This document shows positions 13,230-26,455 of a stretch of DNA of 64,000 nt, in pieces; positions within the stretch are counted from its first letter, which is position 1; every line of letters starts with the position of its first letter. The stretch comes from Mobula hypostoma (Eukaryota). The position numbers and the translations under genes are program-made. The notes under the pieces are model-generated. The model made no database searches. It was not told where the DNA came from and worked only from the letters and a program-made list of their open reading frames with translations. Where the stretch lies: contig NC_086107.1 of assembly GCF_963921235.1 (NCBI RefSeq), positions 97,900,001 through 97,964,000 on the forward strand. Reading direction: 5' to 3'.

Positions 13230-13621
13230 GTAACGGCAGCTCACCTTAGATTCTAAACGTCTCAATTTGTTAAATATTTCTCAGTGCTTTTGTGCAGAAA
13301 CAAGTTGTAGCTCATTAATTTGTGTTATTTCTTCTCTTTCTCTATTCCTTCTTCCTCTTCCTTATTCTTTTTCCCACAACATTTCTATTTCCTTTGTTCC
13401 TTCTTCCTTTCACCTGTTTTTCAATCTCCCGCTCACTTTCCTCACTATCGTCTCACCTCTTTCCCCACTCCCCTTATTCTTGTCACCTATTTTCATCCCG
13501 TCCCCCTTCTCTACCCTCATACATTTTCCTTACTCTTTAACTCCCGTCCTTGCTTACCCCCTCCCCAATCCTCCTCTTGCCCCCACCCCCCGTCCTCCAC
13601 CGCCCGTTCTTTATCACCTAG

Positions 13622-13692
13622 GCTGCAGGGAAGGAGGTGGAGCGAGACTTTGACTCGGTGTATTCTCGACTGGTGCTGTGTAAGACGTACAG
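13622..13692 (+). CDS. SGSM3: SGSM3 exon ([24 protein letters not shown])
   Basis: Long pyrimidine tract, cctag| acceptor, |gtatgt donor; 71 bp, phase 0 to 2. Confidence 0.95.
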
Positions 13693-14143
13693 GTATGTTC
13701 CGCTGCTTTGTGCAAGTTAGGATTTGTTTTATTGGTAAAACAAACAAAGCCTTGTTTGTATTTAATGCACGCTTTATGTGCTTACTGTAAGAGTCTTTGA
13801 TGGGACAAAGTTAAGAAATTGGCAAGTTAACTTTGTTTGATTGTTACTCACACCATATAGGAACGCTGGATTAACAGACTTGATGTCAGCGTGACTCTAG
13901 CGCAGGGGTACCCAGCATTTTTATGACATGAACCCATACCATTAGCCAAGAGGTCTGTGGACCCCAGGTTATTGAACTCCTGCTCCAGCCCATGTTGCTG
14001 TAAACAGCAGATTTTAATATGTCTTTCTAACAGCAATATTATTCTTCTTCAATTCCATGGCTTTAAATTAATTGGTACAACCACATACTCTGCATGGACC
14101 TGTTCAGTCTCCTTCACTGGCTTTTGTTGCTCCTGGAAGCCCA

Positions 14144-14290
14144 ATTATCCCAGGAGTTCTGACAACCGTCACATTATCCCAGGAATTCTGACAATTATTT
14201 ACATTATCCCAGGAGTTCTGACAACCATTACATTATCCCAGGAATTCTGACAATCATTTACATTATTCTAGGAGTTCTGACAACCATTTA
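14144..14290. repeat. ~30-bp minisatellite, 5 copies
   Basis: Unit ACATTATCCCAGGA(G/A)TTCTGACAACCATTT. Confidence 0.92.
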
Positions 14291-14359
14291 CCTCTGCTGC
14301 TGTAATGAACCAGAGTCTGACTACCCCTCAAATGCAACAGTCCTGGCAATGGTTGTCAA

Positions 14360-14930
14360 GCTAAGGAGTGGTAGTGGGGACAAGCTCCCATGACCTAAAA
14401 GTGCTCCTCACGGCATGCACCTCAAATAGCCTCTGACAACCAAGTCCAACTCCTGGCCTTCTCGTGTGGCTTAGCCGCTAAGCCTGGCAGAACCGTTTCT
14501 ACTGACAGGAGAAGGGGCGAAGGCGGGTCCTGGCACCCTAAAACCAGTGCTTCGGATAGATGGAGCTCATCAGCCTGGGTAGGCAGTCCATCTAAGAGAG
14601 ACAAAACCCTGATTTCAAACCTCTGCTGCTTTGCGGCCATACCCACGCATGGGAAAGGCTTCCGGAGTAAACCCTGAGGATAAATCCGGAGCTGGAGTCC
14701 CTAAGGCAGTCCGACGTTGCCTTCAACCTCGTTCTGGCAACTCTTGCGACGACACTGGTGCCAAGCTGTATCGGCCCTTGCCCTTGGACAACATCGTCGT
14801 AGAGAGGGGAGACTTACTGCATGGGCAACTGCTGGTCTTCCATACAGCCTTGCCCAGGCCTGCGCCCTGGAGAGGACGTAGCAAGACTTTCCATGGTCTC
14901 GCGAGCCTAACGGATGCCACCATCACCAGC
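14360..14930. mobile_element. ~570-bp interspersed repeat (possibly RTE-related); inverted second copy at about 42265-42830, partial relative at about 32740-33010
   Basis: 14400-14900 is the near reverse complement of 42300-42790 (e.g. GGGAAAGGCTTCCGGAGTAAACCCTGAGG versus CCCTCGGGGTTTACTCCCGAAGCCTTCCC). Confidence 0.7.
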
Positions 14931-16159
14931 ACCTGACAATGGTGGCATGTATCACCCATCCTCATCCCTCCTGATCTAAAGGGCAGTTGAGAGACTGTGA
15001 GCTGAATGAAGTTAAAGCGGCAGATCAGTGAAGCAAGTGGGATTTTGTGACCAACCACTTTAATTATCCAGTCATTTAATTACTCAGATTTTAAGTCCCT
15101 GAATGCAGTGGTGGGATTCAAACTAATCTCTGACAAAATGGGCCAGGACTCTGCCTGTCCAATCCAGTAATGTAGCCTTAGCCCTTGCACCATGCCCTTC
15201 TTCCTGTAACCCGTCTATTCTCTCCAAGTACTGGTTCTTGCAGCCACAAGCTCCATCTATCCTCAGATGAATCTGAAATCTCCAAGCCAGTAAATTACAC
15301 ATTACCTTGTGTGTCTAATGCAAACGTGACCACTTAATGATGGTCACTCTTCAAACTTCTTTTATTTTTGGCCTCATCTCTATAAGTCATACTGAGTTTG
15401 TAAAGGGGTAATATTACATTTTGTTGATTTATTCCTGAGGAGCCATGCTGGCAAGGTCAACATGCTTGTTTCTAATTGTCCTTAAGAAAGTGGTGGTAAG
15501 TCACTGCTGTACCTGTGGGAAATATATTTTCACAGTGCTGTTATGTAAGGTGTTTCAGGATTCAGACCCACGTACCACAAAGGAAAGGCAGGTCAGGTAA
15601 TGTGAGAGATTTGCCTGTGTCTTCTCAATAGTGCAGCTTGTGAGAAGGGGTCATGGAACTGGAACTGGTTGATTATTGTCCCTGTCCCACGCACTGAGAT
15701 ACAGTGAAAAGCTTCTCTTGTATGCTGTTCATACAGATCAATTCATTACACCATGCAATGAGGTACAGTTGCAAGAAAAATACCACATTTTATGCATAAT
15801 TAATGCAGGAAAAAAGGTAAAGGGTTCACAAATTTTTTCTTGATCGTGTGAATAGCCAGAGGCTTTTTCCCCATGGCTAACACGAGGGGCACAGTTTTAA
15901 GGTGCTTGGAAGTAGGTACAAGGGGGATGTCAGAGGTAAGTGTTTCACACAGAGAGTGGTGGGTGTGTGGAATGCACTGCCAGCGAAGGTGGTAGAGGCG
16001 GATACAATAGGGTCTTTAAGAGACTCTTAGATAGGTACATGGAGCTTAGAAAAACAGAGGGCTATGCGGTAGGGAAATTCGAGGCAGTTTCTAGAGTAGA
16101 TTACATGGTCAGCCCAACACTGTAGGCCGAACGGCCTATAATGTGCTGTAGATTTCTTT

Positions 16160-17460
16160 TTAAAAATTGTAGAACGAGGTAAAACAATAACAGAATACAA
16201 AATAAAGTGCAACAGCTACAGAAAAAGTCCAGTACAGGTAGACAATAAGGTGCAAGACCATAAGAAGGCATACTGTGAGGTTACTAGGAAACCATTCCGT
16301 CTTAACCACGAGGTAGAATCGGTCCTTGATACCGGGCGTACGTACTTTCAGGCTTTTGTACCTTCTGCCCAGGAAGAGGGAATGTCCAGGCTGTGTAAGG
16401 TCTTTGATTTGCTGGCTGCTGTAGCGAGGCACGAAGAAATGTAATCAGAGTGTATCGAGGGGAGGCTGGTTTCCGTGACGTGCTTTCTTGCGGTCACGTG
16501 CAGAGCAGTTGCCAATATCATGCCCTTGCACGTCCATATAGGATTGGAATTGGTTTATCATTGACATGTGCTGAGATACAATAAAAAGCTTATCTTGCAT
16601 ACTGTTCGTACAGATCATTACACAGTGCGTTGAGATGGAACAAGGTAAAACAATAACAATGCAGAGTAAAGAGTAAAAGGTAAAAGAAAATGTACTGCAA
16701 GTAAACAGTGAAGTATAGAATGATAATGAGGTAGATGGTGTTATCAGGAGTCTAGCTTATCATACTAGCGAGCCATTTAATAGTCTTATTACAATGGAGT
16801 AGAGCTTGTCCTTCAGCCTGGTGGAACGTACTTACAGGCTTCTGCCCAATGGAAGAGAATGTCTGGGGTGGCACCTTGGATTATGTTGGCTGCTAAGGCT
16901 GTGGGAAGTATAGGACAGAGGTGACAGAGGAGAGGCTGGTTTCTGTGAAGCATTGATAAATATTTGGTAAGGATCATCAGGACACGGCCAGTTTCTTTAG
17001 CTTCGTGAAGAAGTAGTGGCATAGCTGAGCTTTCTTCGTTGACATGTCGACGTGGTTGGAGATGTTCACTCCTAGGAGTTTGACGCTGTCAACCCTCTCG
17101 ACCTCAGCACCATTGATGAAGACAGGAACACGTTCTCTGTCCAGCCCCACCATGAGGTCAGTGACCAATTCTTTTGTTTGTTGACATTGAGGGAAAGGTT
17201 GTTGTCATGAAGCCATGTCACTAAGCTCTCTATCTCCTTCCTGTACCTTGACTCATCGTTATTTGAGATACAGACCACAATGGTGGTGACATTTGCAATC
17301 TTGTAGATGGAGTTAAAGCAGAATCTGGCCACGCAGTGAGAAGTGGAGAAGGTGGCTGAGAACACAACCAGCGTTGAGAATAATCATCGCAGATCTGTTA
17401 CTGCCATTCCTTACTAATTGAAACCAATTAGTCACGACAACAAGGATCCAGTTGCAGAGG
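16160..17460 (-). mobile_element. Decayed Rex1/Babar LINE fragments
   Basis: Translations ISNNDESRYRKEIESLVTWLHDNNLSLNVNK, VFINGAEVERVDSVKLLGVNIS and GRRYKSLKVRT. Confidence 0.8.
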
Positions 17461-17737
17461 GAGGCATTGACTCCCAGGATTCAGAGTTTGGGACCAAAGA
17501 AAAAACGGTGATAAATCACTATTTGCACATTGATACTATGGTTTCTTGATGGTGAATAGGGTGCCAATTAAGTGGACTGTTTTGTCTTGGGTGGAATGTT
17601 CTTGGAGCTTCAGTAACCAGGCAAGTGGGAGGTCTCCCATTAGGTTCCTGGTGTGCCTCAGAGATGTGAGAAATCTTTGCCGAATTAAGTGAAGGCACAC
17701 TTCCTACATTAGACCCAGCCAGCCTCTGTATTTGTAT

Positions 17738-18445
17738 GCAACATACACAAAATGCTGGAGGAACTCAGCAAAGAGTACAGCCGACGTTTCGGGCTGAGAC
17801 ACTTCGGCAGAGTTGGAAGGTGGGTGGAGGGGAGGGAGAACCACAAGGTGATAGGTGAAACTGGGGGGAGGGGTGAAATAAAGAGTTGGGAAGCTGATTG
17901 GTGAGAGAGATACAGGTCTGAAGAAGGGGGAATCTAATAGGAGAGGACAGAAGGCCATGGAAGAAAGAAATGGAGGGAGGAGCACCGGGGGAGGCAATGG
18001 GCAGGCAAGGAGATAAGGTGAGAGAGGGAAAGGGGATGGGAAATGGTGAAGGGTGGGGGGGGGGCATTACCAGAAGTTGGAGAAATCGATATTTATGCCA
18101 TCAGGTTGGAGGCTACCCAAATGGAATATAAGGTGTTGCTCCTCCAACCTGAATGTGGCCTCATTGCGACAATAGAGGAGGCCATACACTGACGTGTCAG
18201 AATGGGAATGGGAAGTGAAATTAAAATGGGTGGTCACTGGCAGATCATGCTTTCTCTGGCAGGTGGAGCGTAGATGCTCGATGAAGTGGTCTCCCAATCT
18301 ACGTCGGGTCTCACTGATATACAGGACACCACACCGGGAGCACCGGATACAGTAGATGACCCCCCAACAGACTCGTAGGTGAAGTGTTGCCTCACCTGGA
18401 AGGACCGTCTGAGGCCCTGAATGGTATTGAGGGAGGAGGTGTAGG
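17738..18445 (-). mobile_element. Penelope-like element 3' fragment with GIY-YIG endonuclease, 3'UTR and degenerate hammerhead
   Basis: GVIYCIRCSRCGVLYISETRRRLGDHFIEH...RLEEQHLIFHLGSLQPDGINIDFSNF is a PLE GIY-YIG domain; frameshift in a G-run near 18365. Confidence 0.9.
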
Positions 18446-19619
18446 TGCATTTGTATGACCCCTAACTTGTTGAGGGTGAGGAATTGAGTGATGGTAGTTC
18501 CAATGAATATCAAGTAGTGGAGTTTGGACTCTCCTTATTTGAGATGATCATTACTTGTGAGGTGCAGATGTTACTTTCCATTTGTTGGCCCCATTCTATC
18601 CAGATGCTGGTGCAGGAGGGCGTGTACTGTATCATTGTGTGAGGAGTTGTGAATGTTGTGCAGTCATTATAGTGAACATTTCACCCCTGACATTATGTTG
18701 GCTGGGTGAAGGTTCATCATAAGGTCAGGCATGAGATGTTCACGGTTGCCATGGTAGCGTGATGCCATTAGAGCTCAGGGCGTCAGAGTTCAGAGTTCAA
18801 TTCTGGCACCATCTGTAAGGTGTCTAATGCATGGGTTTCCCCAGGTACTCCAGTTTCCTCCCCCAGTCCAGAGGTGTACCAGGTTGGATAATTGATTAGT
18901 GTAAATTGTCCCGTGCTTAGGTTAGGGTTAAGTCAGGGTTGTTGGGGGGTTGCTGGGGCGTCACAGCTCAAAAGGCCAGAAGAGTTTATTTTCCACATTA
19001 TATCACTAAAATAAAAATTTTAAATCAGGAGGTCCCTTATGATGGGTCCTTGATGAAACAGCCAACATTGATTCAGCCCAGGACCCTTCCCTGAGGAACT
19101 GCTGCAGCAAAATATTGGAGACAAGATGACTGACCTCCAACATCCACAAACAGGTCTTTTTTTACGCAATGCGGGTCCCCTTGCTTGCTGCTGACTTGTT
19201 GTTCCGCGGCTTCTCCACGCCACACTGCTTCAGGTGACATCAGGGGCAGGTGGCCTGGGATCCAGCTATTCCGATCCATATTTAACCAGGTCTGGAGCTG
19301 GGTGCTGCTGGTGAAACCCACAGTAACCAGGTTAATGGTGAGAAGCACATACAGAGTGCTGGAGGAACTCAGCAGGTCAGGCAGCATCTATGGAGGCAAA
19401 TAAATAGTCGACCTTTTGGGCTGACAGTCTTCATCAGGTGAGCTGGTACTGTTTGATGACGTTGTCAGTCAGAATCTTCTTTTTAAGAATTAGAATTAGA
19501 ATTTATTTCTTACATCCATCTCACAACATGAGGGAGTAAAAATCTTTATGTTGTGTCTCTGTCACTATGTACGAGCAATAAGGAAGGGAGATGTGGGAGG
19601 ATATTGCCCAAACACTAAG

Positions 19620-20180
19620 ATTGTATACATAATTGTTCTGTGTGCATGTATGTCGTCAGATACAATGTACAGTCAGATATTCAATCAGAGCAATGTGTAT
19701 TGATAAATCTGATGGTCTGGTGAAAGGAGCTGTCCCATAGCCTGTTGGTCCTCGCCTTAATGCTGTGGTACCATTTGCCAGATGGAAGCTGCTGAAACAA
19801 TTTGTGGTTCGGGTGACTGGAGTTCCCGATGATCCTCTGGGCCCTTTTTACGCATCTGCTGCTATAAATGTCCTGAATAGAGGACAGTTCACATCCACAG
19901 ATGCGCTGGGCTGTCCACACCACTCTCTGCAGTGCCCTGCGATTGAGAGAGGTACAGTTCCCGTACCAGCTGGTGACACAGCCAGTCAGGATGCTCTCAG
20001 TGGTGCCCCTGTAGAAAGTCCTGAGGATCTGGGGACTCGTGCCAAACTTGTTCAGCTGTCTGAGGTGAAAGTGGTGCTGTTGTGCTCTTTTCACCACACA
20101 GTCAGTATGTACAGTCCAGGTGAGATCCTGGCTAAGTGTACACCGAGGAACTTGAAACTACTCACCCTCTCAACTACATT
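19620..20180 (-). mobile_element. Rex1/Babar LINE 3' fragment
   Basis: KRAQQHHFHLRQLNKFG...FYRGTTESILTGCVTSWYGN...LPSGKWYHSIKARTNRL. Confidence 0.88.
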
Positions 20181-21133
20181 TTACTGTCGCTGACACAAGT
20201 TGTGAAATTTGTTGTTTTGTGGCAGCAGTACCATGCAGACATAACAAATCACTGTAAGTTATAAAATAATTCAGTAAATAAATAGTGTTCATGGACCATT
20301 CAAAAAGCTGATAGCAGAGGAGAACATTGAGTGTGGGACTTCAGGCTCCTGTACCTCCTCCCTGGATGGTAGTGATGAGGGGGGCATGTCCTGGATGGTG
20401 AAGGTCCTTAATGATGAATGCCACCTTCTTGATGCAGCCCTTAGCTAAAGTGTGAATGGTGATGATAGAACAGGGGAAGGTAACTCCAACAGGCTGACCT
20501 CTTGGCAAGATACAGAGCTAGCTCTTATTATAATCAGCAGAGGGACCTGAACAAGTCTGAGAACACCCCTGGTCCGGGCATTGGCATCTGTTAGAACACA
20601 AGCGAGATATCATAAGGATGTGCCCAGCACCTGCCCTTTGAGGGGTACCAGTGATCGTCGGACTGATCACTGAGATGGAGGGTTTCTATACGGACAAGAC
20701 TGTGGATGGGACGGGTTTATGTTCCTCGGACTAGAGGAGGCTGAATGGGGACCTGACTGAGATGGTCAAAACCATGATCAGCAGAGGCAGGGTAGATAAC
20801 AGTAAACCGCTCTCCGTTACTGGGTGTCAAAAAAACAAGAGGACATGGGTTTAACATTTAAGGGGAAGAGGTTTACAAGGGATTTGAGTAAAATTGCTCT
20901 CACCCAGAGGGGCTTGTAATCTGGAACGCAGTGAGGGGGTGGTGGAGGCAGGGACTCTCGCAACATCTAAGAAATACCTTGATGATCCCTTGAGTCGCCA
21001 AAGCATAGAAGTCTGGAAATCAAGCGTAAAAGGAATCAGTGTAGATGGGTAATTGATAGTCAGCATGGACGTGGTGCTTCTGTGCGTTTTGACTCAATGT
21101 CTATATCACTTTAACGGGCCTTCATTCTTACAG

Positions 21134-21182
21134 GTTGGATGAAGATGGCAAGGTGCTGACCCCTGAGGAGCTCCTATATAGA
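21134..21182 (+). CDS. SGSM3: SGSM3 exon (LDEDGKVLTPEELLYR)
   Basis: ttacag| acceptor, |gtgagt donor; 49 bp, phase 2 to 0. Confidence 0.95.
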
Positions 21183-22596
21183 GTGAGTAATGGGGAGGGG
21201 GTCAGTTTCTGAGCAGGGAGGGTTTCTGCATGTTGGATTAGATCCTTGGGGTGAGCAGAGGGGAGAAGAAGGGATGTGAGGTAGGAATAGAAGCTGGAGA
21301 GGTTTCAGGTTCTCTGTCGTTAAGGAGTTGGGGCACAAATAGAGGAAGTTAGTGTGGGCCTCCAGTTACTGAGGGAATTGGGGCTGACCAACAGTGACTG
21401 GAGCAGTAGGAGGGTGGGCGATGGATTCTGGCCTTCATACTATTGACTGCAAGTGGCTCTGTGTGGTGTGATTGTCTGCTTCTGGCTTCATAGTTCTCTC
21501 AGCTTTGTCATACTTTTGTAGGTGTCAGCCATCTACCTCCGTCTCTCTCTGGAAGGTGTTTACATTGAGGCAATGGAAAAGTCAGTTTCGACCATAATAC
21601 ATAGGTGCAGAGTTAGGCCATTTGGCCCATCGAGTCTGCTCTGTCACTTTCTTGTGGCTGATGCATTTTCCCTCACAGCCCCAATCTCCTGCCTTCTCCT
21701 CGTTCCCTTCATGCCCTGACTAATTTAACAACTTCTGCCTTAAATATACCCAATAACTTGGCCTGACAATGAACTCCAGAGACTTCCCACTCTCTGACTA
21801 AAGAAATTCATCCTCATCTCCATTCTACTTGATTTTACACATCGAGTTCGGATAATCCCGTAAGTTCCGTAATATTCCTAACCATGTGATTTTCCCCTTG
21901 TCAAGAGCAGTGCAGGCAATTTTCATTCTTATTGGAACAAATTCACTGTTGGCCAAGGGCCTGAAACCTGATGATCTTGGCAACTAGCCGAAGTCGCCTT
22001 TGTGAAATGGCCAGTTCTTTATCCATCCTCAGAATCTGTGGAGCACCAAACAGCACAAAACCCAATCGAGCTTTCGTAGACATAGAACTGACCATTTCTG
22101 CGTAGAGGGATCGACTATAATCACAAGCTAGAGATCACCAGAGTTTAGAAGTCAACATTAACCTGTGGACCCTTGGGTAACCCCCGTAACTGAGGCAGAT
22201 TGTGCAGGTTTGACATTGTTGTTACGTGACCACGAGGCATTTTTCACACTGTGTTCGTTTCCTGGAAATGATGCTTTCTCTTTTAATAGTTGTTTAGCTT
22301 CAGAATTCCCTTGTAGTCTTCATTGGCAATGGTTAGAATATATTCTCTAAGAGACTGTGAAATAGTGCACAGAATATAAGAGCAGGGAGGTTATGCATAG
22401 CACTATAAACCATTAGCTGGTGTACTCTGTATAGTTGTGGTCACTGACAAGAGGAATCATAAACTTGCACTGGAGAGGGCAAAGAGCTGGTTCACTGGGA
22501 TGTTGCTTGAGATGGAACATTTCAGTTATGGGGAGAGGCTGGATTTGTTCGCCTTGAAGCGGAGGAGGCTGAGGCAGTACCATATAGAAGAACATA

Positions 22597-23154
22597 GAGT
22601 ACCGTGCAAAAGTCTTTGGCAAATATATAAAGCCTGGGTGCCTAAGACTTTTGCACAGTACTGTAGTGATCTTATGTATTGCACTGTATTGCTGCCGCAA
22701 TAAAAACAAAATGTCATGACATCTGTGAGTGATGATAAACCTGATTCTGATATGGGTCTCTATTGTGGAATGAGAGTGGGAAGGGGGCAGGGAGAGGGGA
22801 ATCACGGTTGGGAAAAGGGGAAGGGAGAGAGGAGAAAGTGGGAAGCTCCAGAGAGACATTCTGTAGTGATCAATAAACCAATGGTGTGGAATCAAATGAC
22901 CTTGCCTGGTGTCTCAGGGCTGGGTGTGTCTTCACCCACACCACGCCACCTCCCCTGTCCTTGGCACTTCTTCTCTGCCACCTGTCCCACACCCCTGCCC
23001 CCCCCCATGGCACTCCACCCTCACCATTCCCAACATCCTTTGCTCCTGCCAGATTTACAGACTCGCTCTCCGCTACATGTTGACAAATACAGTACTGTGC
23101 AAAAGTCTTAGGCACCCTAGCTATATATGTGCGTAAGACTTTTGCACAGTACCG
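22597..23154. mobile_element. Tc1/mariner-type non-autonomous element with self-palindromic ~65-bp ends
   Basis: TA-flanked; termini (C/G)AGTACCGTGCAAAAGTCTT...AAGACTTTTGCACAGTACCG; interrupts a CR1 fragment. Confidence 0.8.
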
Positions 23155-24299
23155 TAGATAATGTTGTCTACAGAGGCTTTAGAGGGAATCTGGGGAAGAA
23201 TATTTTTCACCCACGTGGCACTTGGGATTTCGAACTCATTGCTTAAGTGGGTGATGGAGGCAGGGTCTCAAATTATCCAAGGAATATTTGGGCGGGCACC
23301 TGGATCCCAAGGCTATGATCCAAATGCTGGTAAGTGAGATGAGTATGTTCAGGTGAAGAAAATGCAAGTGCTGGAAATTTGAAATAAAAACTAAAATCCT
23401 GGAAACAGCATATATGGAGACAGACACCGTGGCACGATATACGTTGGCACCCAAGTGTGGAGGAAAGACGGGCTCTGAAGTAGAGACGGCTACAAGAGTT
23501 TATTCATAATCATTCCACAAGATCATCGGTGGCTTAGCCAAGCCGCACCACAAGAAGTAATATTCTCCAAACTACGACCCCGCAATTAGCGCTAATCAGG
23601 CATCCACTTAAATAATACAAGTAATACAGAATCCCCAAGTCTATCAAAATAAATTTAACCTGTTTAAACAGAAAGCACCAGGAGACTGCATTACAAAGGG
23701 CAAGTCGCTCAAGAAAAAGCACAAGGAACTAAACAATTAACAACTCTTATTAAACAACAATTAACCAAGTCAGGAGCTCTGACAACCTCCTATGGCGCCC
23801 CACACAGGCCCAAAGAGCTCATTACACATAGGGAATGATCCTTTTGCAGCTTATTTTGTGACAAAAGGAATAACTGTGGCTCACAACATGAATGATTTGT
23901 ACCAATGAAGAGGAATTTCTTTAGCCAGAGGATGCTGGATCTGTGGAATTCATTGCCACAGACGGCTGTAGAGGCTAAGCCATTGGATATTTTTAAAGCA
24001 GAGCAGACTCGCTGGGCCGAATGGCTGCTGTGTCTTATGGTTTTATAGTCAGAATGTGAATCAGGTTTAGTATTACTGACATACATATGTCGTGAACTTT
24101 TTTCTGTTTTGCAGCACCAGTGCATTGCAATACATAAATATACTATAAATTACACTAAGAAATACAATGTATATTAAAACATTAAGTGAAATAAGTCGTG
24201 TAAAAATAGTGAGGTAGTATTCATCGGTTGGTTCACTCTGCATTCAGAAATCTGATGGCAGAGGGGAATAAGCCGTTCCAAAAATAGTGTGTGTGTCTT

Positions 24300-24715
24300 C
24301 AGGGAACACACGCAAAATGCTGGAGGAACTCAGCAGGCCAGGCAGCATCTATGGAAAAGAGTAAACAGTCAATGTTTCAGGCCGAGACTCTTCATCAGGA
24401 CTGAAAGAAAAGATGAGAAGTCAGAGCAAGAAGGTGGAAGGAGGAGAGGAAGAGGTACAAGGTGGTAGGTGGTAGGTGAAACTGGGAGGGGGGGTGAAGT
24501 ACAGATCTGAGAGTCAGTTAGTGAAAGAGCGGCAGGGCTGGAGAAGGGGGAATCTGAAAGAGGACAGAAGACCATGGAAGAAAGGGAGGGGGAGGAGCAC
24601 CAGGGGGACGTGATGGGCAGGTAAGAAGATGAGGTGAGAGAGGGAAACGGGAATGGGGATAGCGATGGGGGGGGGTGGGTTTGGATTTCCAGCATCTGCA
24701 GATTTTCTCCTGTGT
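24300..24715 (-). mobile_element. Penelope-like element 3' end with hammerhead core at 24366-24403
   Basis: Minus strand CAGTC-CTGATGA-AGAGTCTCGGCCT-GAAAC-ATT-GACTG followed by the GATGCTGCCTGGCCTGCTGAGTTCCTCCAGC tail. Confidence 0.8.
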
Positions 24716-25085
24716 GTCTTCAGGGTCCTTTGCCTCCTCCCTGGTGGTAGTAATAAGAAGAGAGCCTGTCCTGGGTGCTGGGGGTCCTCCATGACAGATG
24801 CCGCCTTTTTGAGTGGTGTGAAAGTGCAATGAATGGAAGTAGCTGGAGCTGGTACAATGGTACAAGTTAAGTACTTGGACAGATACGTAGAGGGGCAGGG
24901 CTGGCGGAGCACAGGATATGGGGACTGGCTGGCTGAACAATGAGATCAGCGTGTCGTGGTTTGCCAAAGGGCCTGTATCCATGCCGTAATGACGGTCCTC
25001 TGACAATCCGAGCGCACGAGGACCCGACCGTTTGGCTGTTTAAACCCGAGTCTCCACAGAGTACCCAGCTCTGCTTTTCTTTCAG

Positions 25086-25171
25086 GCTGTGCAGTCCGTC
25101 AACGTCAGTCACGATGCTGCCCACGCACAGATGGACGTGAAGTTTCGGTCGCTGATCTGCGTGGGGCTGAA
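25086..25171 (+). CDS. SGSM3: SGSM3 exon ([29 protein letters not shown])
   Basis: tttcag| acceptor, |gtaagt donor; 86 bp, phase 0 to 2. Confidence 0.95.
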
Positions 25172-26332
25172 GTAAGTCACCCTCTCCACTCCTATTTAAT
25201 TAATTTGTTTGTTTATTATTGAGATACAGTGCAGAGTAATCCCGTCCAGCCGTGTCACCTAGCATCCCCCAACTTCCCCCAATACTTTATCTCCAAACAA
25301 GGGAAAACCTGCAGACGCTGGAAAGGCAAGCAATACACACACAATGCTGGAGGAATCAGCAGGCCAGGCAGCATCTACAGTCGATGTTTTCAGTCCAAGA
25401 CCCTTCAGTGTCCTGCACTCTTTTCTGCAGATGCCACCTGGGCTGCTGAGTTCCTCCAGCATTGTGTGTGTATGCGTGTCACTTTATTATTTCCCATCAG
25501 TTACAGTATGTACAGCCTAGTGTCACTTTATGGACAAATGATCTGTCTATGTTTATAAGCTATCTCATGTATTTATTATGTTTTTGTATTATTACTGTGT
25601 TCTTTATCTTTTGTGGGGTTTTTTGCGTGCATCAGATACGAAGTAACAATTATTTTGTTCTCCTTTACACTTATGTACAGGAAATGATGACATTAAACAG
25701 TCTTGAATCATGAAATCAATAGCATAGAGTCGTAGAGAGTGCTAGTGTGGGAGCAGGCCCTTCAGCCCATCGAGACTGTGCCGTCTACCCATCAACCATT
25801 TTGCTCACTCCAACCCTTACTCACAGTATTCTCCCCACGTTCCCGTCAACTGCCCCAGGTTCCACCACTCACCCCTGGGCTGTGCCCAGCTTACGGTGGC
25901 CAGTTGACCCACCAGCCTGAACGATTTTGGGAAGGGGGAGGAAAGCCAAAGCACCCTGGGAAATCCTCGCGGTCACGGGGAGAACATGGAAGCTGCAGAC
26001 AGACAGCCTCCAAGGTGAGGATCAAATCCAAGTCACCAGAGCTCTGAGGGTTCTTCGTTCTGCCCGTAAAGAGCTTCTGCTGCTGCAGAGTTCAGTTCAT
26101 TTTGCAGGATAAGGAACGCTTTCAGTTTACCACAGAGTTATCCAGTACCTGCGGATAACATGCAGTTGAGACTGTCTCTGATTGGAGCACCCTTGTGGTA
26201 GTTTTCCAGTCAAAGTGTGATTTCCAAGATTGTTATTTGGTGTCCAGGGGTCTCAATCTTGCTAATAATTGATGCGTTCACTGTCAAGTGTGTCTACCTG
26301 AGGGGATGATTACCGACCTTGTCTTTCTGTAG

Positions 26333-26455
26333 TGAGCAGGTGCTGCCCCTGTGGCTAGAGGTGCTCTGTTCAAGTATACAGACCGTGGAGAAGTGGTACC
26401 AGCCGTGGTCCTTCCTCCGCAGTCCTGGCTGGGTCCAGATCAAGTGTGAGCTCAG
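26333..26455 (+). CDS. SGSM3: SGSM3 exon ([41 protein letters not shown])
   Basis: ctgtag| acceptor, |gtaag donor; 123 bp, phase 2-2; RUN domain WYQPWSFL motif. Confidence 0.96.

Noticed and set aside
18067..18513. GIY-YIG ORF as a functional or domesticated nuclease gene
   Set aside because: Frameshifted at its 5' side, YIG reads YIS, 5'-truncated, and followed by the standard PLE UTR.
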